Source: Candidatus Nanosyncoccus sp. (GTDB lineage Bacteria > Patescibacteriota > Saccharimonadia > Saccharimonadales > Saccharimonadaceae). From it: a stretch of DNA of 64,000 bases. The stretch spans positions 2,601 to 66,600 of the forward strand of contig JAZLES010000008.1 of assembly GCA_045615385.1 (NCBI GenBank). The letters are read 5' to 3'. The translations under genes were made by a program, and so were the position numbers. Positions 1 to 7,808 of this stretch are shown here, in pieces (within the stretch, counting starts at the first letter, position 1; every line of letters begins with the position of its first letter). Under the pieces are notes generated by a model that saw only the letters and a program-made list of their open reading frames with translations, made no database searches and was not told the origin of the DNA.

Positions 1-5
1 GTTTT

Positions 6-392
6 ATGCTAGAACATAACGGCAGATTTAATTCTCGCGATTACGACAAGTTTGAGCGCATGGAGCTAATGGAATCGTCCGTTCGTGACGCGATTCACGA
101 GCTGAAGACCTATTCCCTAGAAACACTAGCACAGCGCTTTGATGCACGCCTTTTTGGGCGCGGTAAGCGCGTTTTTGCGAGGTTAGACACCGAAGACGAC
201 AAATGGTACTACTTTTCCCTCGCATACATTCCACGCGCGCTAAATAACCGCGATGTAAATGACGCAATAGTTCAGATGTTCTTCATTGGCAAATGGCGCG
301 TCCACAAGCTTTCGCTCTGGGCCGAGCCAGAAGATATTAACCATTACGGCAACGATTTTAACAAAACATTCCATCATTTAGTCAATAGATAG
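6..392 (+). CDS. Hypothetical protein of the island (may be 5'-truncated by the window edge)
   Basis: 128-aa ORF with island-like codon style; no recognisable motif. Confidence 0.6.
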   Translation: MLEHNGRFNSRDYDKFERMELMESSVRDAIHELKTYSLETLAQRFDARLFGRGKRVFARLDTEDDKWYYFSLAYIPRALNNRDVNDAIVQMFFIGKWRVHKLSLWAEPEDINHYGNDFNKTFHHLVNR

Positions 393-500
393 TATCCACT
401 TGGACACAATCGGGTTTTGAAAGTTATTGTGCAGAAAATAGGGGTGGGATTTTTTCTTGACACGAAACGGCGAAATATGTCATACAACACCTTGCGCATC

Positions 501-529
501 TTCAAAAAGTATACGCTTCATGGTATAAT
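501..529 (+). promoter_or_regulatory. Sigma70-type promoter for the MTase-helicase-nuclease operon
   Basis: TTCAAA (501-506), 17 bp, TATAAT (524-529) with extended TG; predicted start near 535-536. Confidence 0.65.
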
Positions 530-535
530 TAAAGA

Positions 536-772
536 GTCCTAATCAAATTAAAAATTGCAACAGATACGAGAGCAGAGAGTATTTTTCTGCCAAGACGCAC
601 GTAAACTAGGGCGTCTTGGATCAATAGGAACGTACGTCTCTGTTGCAAAAACGATTAGGACCGGCCAAGGCGTCCTAATTTAAGATTAGTTTTGAATTAA
701 TTACAAGGACGTGGTCGCGTCCTAATTTTGTTATTTGAGTTCTTGTTCTGTTGCAAAGAAAGCGCAACAGAG
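536..772 (+). ncRNA. Candidate structured cis-regulatory leader RNA (unknown class)
   Basis: Nested inverted repeats 536-544/653-661, 555-568/635-648, 572-576/586-590, 590-598/611-619, and a hairpin 747-754/764-771 abutting the ATG at 773. Confidence 0.55.
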
Positions 773-3547
773 ATGCCAAGAATCAGCTACCAGCAGATTC
801 AGCAGAACATTGCTGAAATTGCGAACCGCGATGCGTACGAGTCGACGGTTATCTACGATCTTCTTTTGGCCTATGGAAAACCAAAGGCTACAATTACGAA
901 ACTGCAAGGCGGAATTAATAATTTCGCAAAAGACGATGGCGTCCTGCTTAAAGATGCCGTCTTTTTTAAGGTTTTTCCTGCTGGTACAGTGCTAGAATCA
1001 AAAGTTGAACAATTAAAACACAACGAACTAACTGAACGTTATCGACCACGTTACCTAATCGCAACAGATCTTCAGAATATCGCCGCCTATGATCGTCGCC
1101 AGGAAGCATCTCTTTCCACAAAAATTCGCGACCTAGATAAAGATTTCACATTCTTCTACGGCCTTAGCGGCAACGAAGTAAACACCGACCAAAAAGAAGA
1201 AGCCTATGCGGATCGTAAAGCCGCAGAGCGCATGAAAGAGCTCTACGACGAAATCGTAAAATGCAATACGCAACGCATTATTGATAAAGATTTAAACTTC
1301 CGTCACGACCTAAACATCTTCTTTAGTCGTCTCCTCTTCTGCTACTTCGCAGAAGACACTGATTTGTTTGAGCCAAAGCAATTCACGAATTCGATTAAAA
1401 ATTACACAAAACTGGACGGATCAGACACGCCTTACTTCTTTGAGCAACTATTTAAATCACTTGATTCGAAACCTTACGAAAAGCAGGATATGCCGGATCC
1501 GTTCAATAAATTCCCATACGTCAACGGCACGATTTTCGACACAAAACAACATTCGATTCTTATTCCGCAATTCAATGCACAAGCCCATCATTTGTTAATT
1601 CAATTAGCGGAGTCGGACTGGTCAGATGTTAATCCCGATATCTTCGGCACCATTTTCCAGGGCATCGTTGACACACAGAAACGCGACGAGAACGGCATGG
1701 ACTACACTAGCGTCACTAATATCGAAAAAGTCATCAACCCACTCTTTATGGACGATTTATGGGCCGAATACGACAAAGCAAAAGACAATGTCAACAAACT
1801 AAACAAGCTTTGGATAAGAATTAGCAAAATTAAAATCTTCGACCCGGCTTGTGGCTCTGGTAATTTCTTAATTATTGCCTATAAACGTCTGCGCGAACTC
1901 GAACAAGAAATTATTCGTACAATCGACGAAATCTCCCCTGCTGGAATTGGAATTAGATTAGATAGCCAAATCAAACTCGATCATTTCTTCGGCATCGAGC
2001 TAGAAGATTTCCCTAGAGAGTTGGCGGTTCTTTCTATGTTTATCGCCGCGCATCAAATGAATATCAAATTCGAGGAAGAGTTTGGTAAAAAACTTACAAT
2101 TATTCCTATTATCGATATGCCGACAATTATTTGCGGCAATTCAGCGAGATTAGATTGGAACTCCGTATGCCCTAACGTTCCGCACGAGATATCGTCGGTC
2201 CATATGGTAAGTATGTTCGATGAACTTAATGACGAATCAGAATCGCAAAAATCCGAAGCGGTTTATGACGAAATTTATGTAATAGGAAATCCGCCATATA
2301 AAGGCACTAGAAATCAAACAGATGATCAAAAACGTGATAAAGCGGCCGTCATGGCAAACATTGATGGTTCAAAAAATCTTGATTATGTAGCTATCTGGTT
2401 CGTAAAAGCAGCTAAGTATATCGGCAATAGTATAGCTAAGGCATGTTTTGTATCTACAAATTCCATCACTCAGGGCGACCAGGTCCATATATTATGGCCA
2501 CATATCCTCACAAACAATATAGAAATAGGCTTTGCATATACATCATTTAAGTGGACAAATAATGCAAAGGACCAAGCCGGTGTCACTGTGGTTATTATTT
2601 CACTGCAAAGACATACGACAAAGAAGAAAAAACTATTCAGCAATACTACTATTGACGAATGTGACGCAATCAACGGCTTCCTAATCCCTATGCCGCCAAT
2701 ATATATAGAGCGACATAATACTTCTATTTCTGGTTTACCTGAAATGAGTTATGGTAATCACACGGGAGGCTCAAAAGACTTGTTCATAACTCCAGAACAA
2801 AAGAGCGTGATTTTACGCGAGTATCCTAATGCTTCGAAATTTATTAGGCCTACTGCAGGATCCGCAGAATATATCCGCGGAATTGAGCGCTACTGCTTAT
2901 GGATTGAGGACAAGGATCTAGAAGAAGCAAAAGCAATCAAACCTATTAATGATTTAATTGAAAAAATAAGATTGGACAGAATTTCCTCCAAAGAGCCTGG
3001 TAAGAAAAAACTCGCTTCTCGACCGCATCAATTTAGAGATTTAAATACGGCCATCAATAATGAGATCATAGTTCCTATTGTCTCTTCTGAAAATCGAGAA
3101 TATTTTGTATGTGGTGTCTTAGACGCTAGTGTAATTATTCCAAATTCCGCTCAAGCAATATATGATCCAGAAATTTATGTGTTTGCCTTAATAGAGTCGA
3201 AAATGCATACGATTTGGATTCGTACGGTTTGCGGAAAACTAGAGACTCGATATCGTTATTCTTCGTCGCTCGGCTACAATACATTTCCTGTGCCACCGCT
3301 TAATCCAACTCAGAAACAAAAGCTGAATGATTCGGCCATGAATATCCTTATGGCGCGCGAAAACCATACCGAAATGACGCTTGCCCAAATGTACGATCCA
3401 GACAAAATGCCAGAAGATCTTCGTAATGCACACGACGCAAATGACCTGCTCGTAGATAAGCTATACCAAGACAAGGCTTTTCTGAACGACGAAGAACGTC
3501 TAGCCAAGCTTTTCACAATGTATGAAGAATTAACAAAAGATAAATAA
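773..3547 (+). CDS. MmeI/YeeA-like N6-adenine DNA methyltransferase (type IIL-like, with target-recognition domain)
   Basis: Motif I FDPACGSGNF, motif IV GNPPY, MmeI-like C-terminus (RYRYSSSLGYNTFP). ATG 773 preferred over TTG 728. Confidence 0.9.
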   Translation: MPRISYQQIQQNIAEIANRDAYESTVIYDLLLAYGKPKATITKLQGGINNFAKDDGVLLKDAVFFKVFPAGTVLESKVEQLKHNELTERYRPRYLIATDLQNIAAYDRRQEASLSTKIRDLDKDFTFFYGLSGNEVNTDQKEEAYADRKAAERMKELYDEIVKCNTQRIIDKDLNFRHDLNIFFSRLLFCYFAEDTDLFEPKQFTNSIKNYTKLDGSDTPYFFEQLFKSLDSKPYEKQDMPDPFNKFPYVNGTIFDTKQHSILIPQFNAQAHHLLIQLAESDWSDVNPDIFGTIFQGIVDTQKRDENGMDYTSVTNIEKVINPLFMDDLWAEYDKAKDNVNKLNKLWIRISKIKIFDPACGSGNFLIIAYKRLRELEQEIIRTIDEISPAGIGIRLDSQIKLDHFFGIELEDFPRELAVLSMFIAAHQMNIKFEEEFGKKLTIIPIIDMPTIICGNSARLDWNSVCPNVPHEISSVHMVSMFDELNDESESQKSEAVYDEIYVIGNPPYKGTRNQTDDQKRDKAAVMANIDGSKNLDYVAIWFVKAAKYIGNSIAKACFVSTNSITQGDQVHILWPHILTNNIEIGFAYTSFKWTNNAKDQAGVTVVIISLQRHTTKKKKLFSNTTIDECDAINGFLIPMPPIYIERHNTSISGLPEMSYGNHTGGSKDLFITPEQKSVILREYPNASKFIRPTAGSAEYIRGIERYCLWIEDKDLEEAKAIKPINDLIEKIRLDRISSKEPGKKKLASRPHQFRDLNTAINNEIIVPIVSSENREYFVCGVLDASVIIPNSAQAIYDPEIYVFALIESKMHTIWIRTVCGKLETRYRYSSSLGYNTFPVPPLNPTQKQKLNDSAMNILMARENHTEMTLAQMYDPDKMPEDLRNAHDANDLLVDKLYQDKAFLNDEERLAKLFTMYEELTKDK

Positions 3548-3559
3548 TAAAGGAGCGCC

Positions 3560-5773
3560 ATGGACCATTTAGATCGATATAACACCATATTAGAAAAAAT
3601 CGCCGAGCAGCCGATTTTTGATGTAAATGACGTGCGCGAATGGTTAAAAAGCGGCGACAGAGTTGCTACAGACTGCATTAAATGGCTTCTGGATCACGAC
3701 CAAATTGAACTTTGCGAAGATGAGTCTGGCGACGCAAAATATATTTCAAAAGAAGCAGCTATAAATAACGACTCTAACGCAGAACGCGCAAGCGAACAAA
3801 CTATTAATGTCGTAAATGTCGGCTACGGACAAACTGGTCAGAGCACGAACACGAATGAGCTCGGCATGCGCGAAATGCAACAGCGAGCATATGAAAAACG
3901 CGCAAGCCAAAGGCTACTTATAAAAGCTCCACCAGCATCTGGTAAATCACGCGCCCTAATGTTCCTTGCCCTCGACAAGCTCCATAACCAAGGTATTAAA
4001 AAAGTCATTATTGCCGTTCCGGAACGGTCAATCGGCGCATCTTTCCGCGACGAAGACTTAACCAAGTACGGCTATTATTGGGATTGGCGTATTGCACAAT
4101 ATAACAACCTTTGTAACGATGATGGCCTAGACGACAAGAGTAAAGTTGGTGCGTTCATGAAATTCATGGATAGCGACGACGACATTCTATTATGCACGCA
4201 TGCTACCCTTCGCTTCGCGTGTGAATATGTTCCAGTTGAAAAATTTCAAGATTGCCTGCTTGCAATTGACGAATTCCATCATGCGTCCACATCCGAAAAT
4301 AGCGTACTAGGAAGTGTTTTGCATAATATTATGCAAGAAACAAACGCCCATATTATAGCCATGACTGGCACTTACTTCCGTGGCGATTCTGTAGCCATTC
4401 TTACACCAGAAGACGAAGCAACTTTCGATAAAGTAACCTATACGTATTACGAACAATTAAATGGTTATACATACCTCAGAACGCTCGGAATTGGCTATCA
4501 TTTCTACACCGGTCACTACTTGGATGACGGCGCACTTTCTGAAGTATTAGACACGCATAAAAAGACCATTATCCACATACCAAATGTCCAATCTAATGCC
4601 GCTGGAAACATTAATAAGCATCAACAGGTTGATGAGATATATAGCGTAATTGGCGAATGGAAAAGAAAGGATAAAGATACTTGCATCGATTATATTGAAA
4701 CTGAAGATGGTCGTATGCTAAAAGTCGCAAATCTTGTAGAAGACGACCCACGTCACCGCGAGCCACTTCGTAGATACATTTCTGACGTAGCACGGAACGA
4801 TATCGACGGACTCGACATAATCGTCGCCCTAGGCATGGCGAAAGAGGGCTTTGACTGGCCATTCTGCGAGCACGCATTAACGATTGGCTATCGTGGATCA
4901 TTTACGGAAGTCGTGCAGATTATAGGTCGTTGTACGCGCGATAGCTACAATAAGACTCACGCACAGTTCACGAATTTGATCGTCAAGCCTGCGGGAACGC
5001 AAAGTGATGTAACAGTTGCCGTAAATAATATGCTAAAAGCTATTACAGTTTCATTACTCATGGAACAAGTATTGGCGCCAGAGTTTAAATTTACGCCAAC
5101 GCCAAGAGAGCCACGTGAGGCAAAACCGGGCGAAATGTTTATCAAAGGGCTGAAGATTCCAAAATCGGAGCGCGGTAAGCAAATCTTACAAACCGATCTT
5201 GAAGACCTGGTTGCCAAGACGTTACAAGACGAACGCATTGAACGTGCTGGCGCAAACAATATAGCAGGCCCATATCTACGCCAAGTTCAAACAGATATTA
5301 TTCGCGAAAATTATCCTGGACTTGAAGATGACGATATAGAAGCTATCCGCCAAAATGTAGCTGTTAAGATGGCGATGACAACGGCTAAGATCGTATCCGA
5401 AAAAGACGACAAAACCGGCAAGGACAATCAGTTTGTAGTCTTAGCAAATCGATTCGTAAAGATAGACGAGCTCGATATGAACCTTATCGACTCAGTGAAC
5501 CCATTCCACCATGCGTTTGAGGTCCTATCGAAGAAGATGGATGGTCAAACATTTAAGCTGATTCAGGATGTTATTAAGAGCGACAACGTCAGCTTTACCG
5601 ACGACGACGCGCTTGCATTAGTTCCACAAATTCAAGAATTCGTAAATGAACATGGCGGAAAATATCCTTCACCGCATTCAAACGATTCAAACGAACGCCT
5701 ATTGGCAAGCGCACAAGCGTATCTAACGCGCAGAATCTATGAAAATAGTAAGTTAAGTCCGGAGAATTCATAA
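3560..5773 (+). CDS. YeeB-like superfamily 2 DEAD/DEAH helicase
   Basis: APPASGKS (Walker A), DEFHH, MTGT, QIIGRCTR; RBS AAGGAG upstream. Confidence 0.9.
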   Translation: MDHLDRYNTILEKIAEQPIFDVNDVREWLKSGDRVATDCIKWLLDHDQIELCEDESGDAKYISKEAAINNDSNAERASEQTINVVNVGYGQTGQSTNTNELGMREMQQRAYEKRASQRLLIKAPPASGKSRALMFLALDKLHNQGIKKVIIAVPERSIGASFRDEDLTKYGYYWDWRIAQYNNLCNDDGLDDKSKVGAFMKFMDSDDDILLCTHATLRFACEYVPVEKFQDCLLAIDEFHHASTSENSVLGSVLHNIMQETNAHIIAMTGTYFRGDSVAILTPEDEATFDKVTYTYYEQLNGYTYLRTLGIGYHFYTGHYLDDGALSEVLDTHKKTIIHIPNVQSNAAGNINKHQQVDEIYSVIGEWKRKDKDTCIDYIETEDGRMLKVANLVEDDPRHREPLRRYISDVARNDIDGLDIIVALGMAKEGFDWPFCEHALTIGYRGSFTEVVQIIGRCTRDSYNKTHAQFTNLIVKPAGTQSDVTVAVNNMLKAITVSLLMEQVLAPEFKFTPTPREPREAKPGEMFIKGLKIPKSERGKQILQTDLEDLVAKTLQDERIERAGANNIAGPYLRQVQTDIIRENYPGLEDDDIEAIRQNVAVKMAMTTAKIVSEKDDKTGKDNQFVVLANRFVKIDELDMNLIDSVNPFHHAFEVLSKKMDGQTFKLIQDVIKSDNVSFTDDDALALVPQIQEFVNEHGGKYPSPHSNDSNERLLASAQAYLTRRIYENSKLSPENS

Positions 5774-6939
5774 TGGACTATTCCGAGAAAATCGCAGAGC
5801 TAGCAAAGAGTCCTTATGCGGATCTATTCAAGACAAAGCCAAAACAACAAAATATGACTGCCGATGATCGCTTGCTGGAATCGTTCGAAGAAATAAGAAC
5901 TTTCTACCATAATCATGGCCATGTTCCAATGATGAATGCCGTCGACATGAAAGAAAAACTACTCGCGGCACGCCTAAAAGGTCTGCGACAAGATAAAAAC
6001 AAAAAGGCTATGCTTGCCGAAAATGATCCAGACGGTATTCTAGAAGATGATATGGAGGCTCCAAAAGATTTTAAAGAATTAGAAAAGAATTTCGGCGGCC
6101 TATTTAAAGGTGCTAAAGATCTTTTTAATGTTTCGTCGCTTCCAAACAATGGTCGAGTAAAGCGAACAGTCGAAAACGGCTACGAAGCAACGCGCCGTGA
6201 GCAATGTCCTAATTTTGATTCCGATTACAAAGATGCTTTCGATAATATACGCGTTAATCTTGAAAACGGCCAATTGAAAACCGTGAAATTTGTAGATGTC
6301 GAACAAATGCATCCTGGCGGATATTACGTTTATAAGGGCGAACTATGTTACGTAGTAAGCTTTGACGAAGTCGAACAGAAAGTCGGCTATTCACAACAAC
6401 GCATTACTGTAGTTTTCGAAAACAAAACTATGTCGCATATGTATCGTCGCTCTCTCGCTCAACGTCTATATGAAGATAGCGGATTCGCGGTGGTAGATAA
6501 AGACGCGCCAGAACAGCAAGAGCTAGAAACTAAAGTAACTGGCCGCATATATATCCTTCGCTCAAAAAGTACAGATGATAAAATCGCAACAATCAAAGAC
6601 CTATACAAAATCGGTATGGTCGAGAATGAGTCGGTAGCCTCGCGCATTGCGAATGCGAAAAACGAACCGACCTACTTAATGGCTGATGTTGAAGTTGTAA
6701 ATACTTATCGCGTCGAGGGTTTTAATACACAGAAATTAGAAGATTTAATTCACAAATTCTTCGGCGGTTCACAGCTGGAGATTGAAATTATCGGAAACGA
6801 TGGAAAACCGTATCATCCACGCGAATGGTATTGCGTGCCATACGAAGTCATAGATCAAACAATCCAAATGATTAGTAGCGGCGAAATCGTCAATTACTAT
6901 TACGACCAGAATGACCAGAAACTAAAAAAGAGACAATAG
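5773..6939 (+). CDS. YeeC-like GIY-YIG (T5orf172/MUG113-type) nuclease
   Basis: GRIYILRS...LYKIG...RI...LEDLIHKFF...REWY; 1-nt TAATG overlap with the helicase. Confidence 0.85.
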   Translation: MDYSEKIAELAKSPYADLFKTKPKQQNMTADDRLLESFEEIRTFYHNHGHVPMMNAVDMKEKLLAARLKGLRQDKNKKAMLAENDPDGILEDDMEAPKDFKELEKNFGGLFKGAKDLFNVSSLPNNGRVKRTVENGYEATRREQCPNFDSDYKDAFDNIRVNLENGQLKTVKFVDVEQMHPGGYYVYKGELCYVVSFDEVEQKVGYSQQRITVVFENKTMSHMYRRSLAQRLYEDSGFAVVDKDAPEQQELETKVTGRIYILRSKSTDDKIATIKDLYKIGMVENESVASRIANAKNEPTYLMADVEVVNTYRVEGFNTQKLEDLIHKFFGGSQLEIEIIGNDGKPYHPREWYCVPYEVIDQTIQMISSGEIVNYYYDQNDQKLKKRQ

Positions 6940-7060
6940 CTTCTCTTGCTCCACATTCCGGACAAATCTCCGTCTTATTATCCTCACGCGACAGCGCAGG
7001 ATAACCTACATAGTATTTACCGCATTTAGGGCATTTGCGGCACTTTTGACGAGCTTTCAT
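6890..7060 (-). CDS. Small Zn-ribbon-like protein (CxxC...CPEC)
   Basis: MKARQKCRKCPKCGKYY...ICPECG; ATG at 7060 overlaps the TGA of the upstream ORF (ATGA coupling). Confidence 0.6.
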   Translation of the reverse strand: MKARQKCRKCPKCGKYYVGYPALSREDNKTEICPECGAREAIVSFLVSGHSGRNSN

Positions 7061-7350
7061 AGATCCACCGAGCAAACATGCTCTAAACCAAACTTTCGAC
7101 CTAGATCTTCCCACATAGCGTCCGGCGCATCTTCGCCGAGAACGCGATAAAGCGCATAGTCGTAATCGACAAAGATTCTAGCAACCTCTTTCGGATCCAC
7201 CATAAGTTGGCAGAAATAACCAGCCGTAGTTTCGCCTTCGACCATTATTGGATCTTGTTCTTCCGCTTTCGCGACGGACTCGTATTTCTCACGCCACTTG
7301 CGAATCTCTTTCTGTACGACTGCGACAGCATCTTCTAACTTGATAGCCAT
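7057..7350 (-). CDS. Hypothetical protein
   Basis: 97-aa acidic ORF, RBS AGGAG upstream, translationally coupled to the next gene. Confidence 0.65.
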   Translation of the reverse strand: MAIKLEDAVAVVQKEIRKWREKYESVAKAEEQDPIMVEGETTAGYFCQLMVDPKEVARIFVDYDYALYRVLGEDAPDAMWEDLGRKFGLEHVCSVDL

Positions 7351-7648
7351 AATAAACTCCTAAAATGTTTTGCGTATTTAAGCTTACTTGCGAAACAATT
7401 GCAAGTTCGAACTCGCCAAATAACAGATATACGAAACGCCAAATACATATCTCCCCACCCTTCCAAAACGCTTATGCTTGGTGTTTTCGAACTTATGTAA
7501 TATACTTATGTTAATTGCGGTGCAGAGTTCTGCGCCTTTCTCCAGTAAGAGGGGTAGCCCCTCATATTTTATGCGCAGATTCTGCACTACAAGTGATACT
7601 TGCCGAATGGCAACACTTCGGGTGGAGAAAGAAAAGTATGTACCTTAA

Positions 7649-7804
7649 ATGCAAAAGGAACAGCCGGTCGTAGAAGACCGAAAAGAAGCCGTCAAAAACC
7701 TAGTGCAATTACTTTGCGCATTAGACGACATAGACGATTCGCCAGAGCGCGAGTCCAACAAAGCGAAAGGAGTGTGCGACGACGGAGTAGTTGTCGTGTT
7801 CTAA
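7649..7804 (+). CDS. Small 51-aa ORF immediately upstream of the recombinase
   Basis: MQKEQPVVEDRKEAVKNLVQLLCALDDIDDSPERESNKAKGVCDDGVVVVF; stop lies 4 nt before the recombinase ATG; too short for the ORF track. Confidence 0.35.
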   Translation: MQKEQPVVEDRKEAVKNLVQLLCALDDIDDSPERESNKAKGVCDDGVVVVF

Positions 7805-7808
7805 AGCT

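Noticed and set aside
458-482. TGACA-N15-TGTCA inverted repeat / TTGACA -35 box
   Set aside because: Only 5-bp arms and no properly spaced -10; cannot be separated from chance
536-772. Known riboswitch class (SAM-I, T-box) in the MTase leader
   Set aside because: No SAM-I core (ATCAAGAG...GCAACC...GTGC) or T-box (AGGGTGGNACCGCG) consensus visible; kept only as an unknown-class candidate
728-772. TTG-started N-terminal extension of the MTase (MLFEFLFCC...)
   Set aside because: It overlaps the leader hairpin, has no RBS and an odd composition; ATG 773 is more plausible
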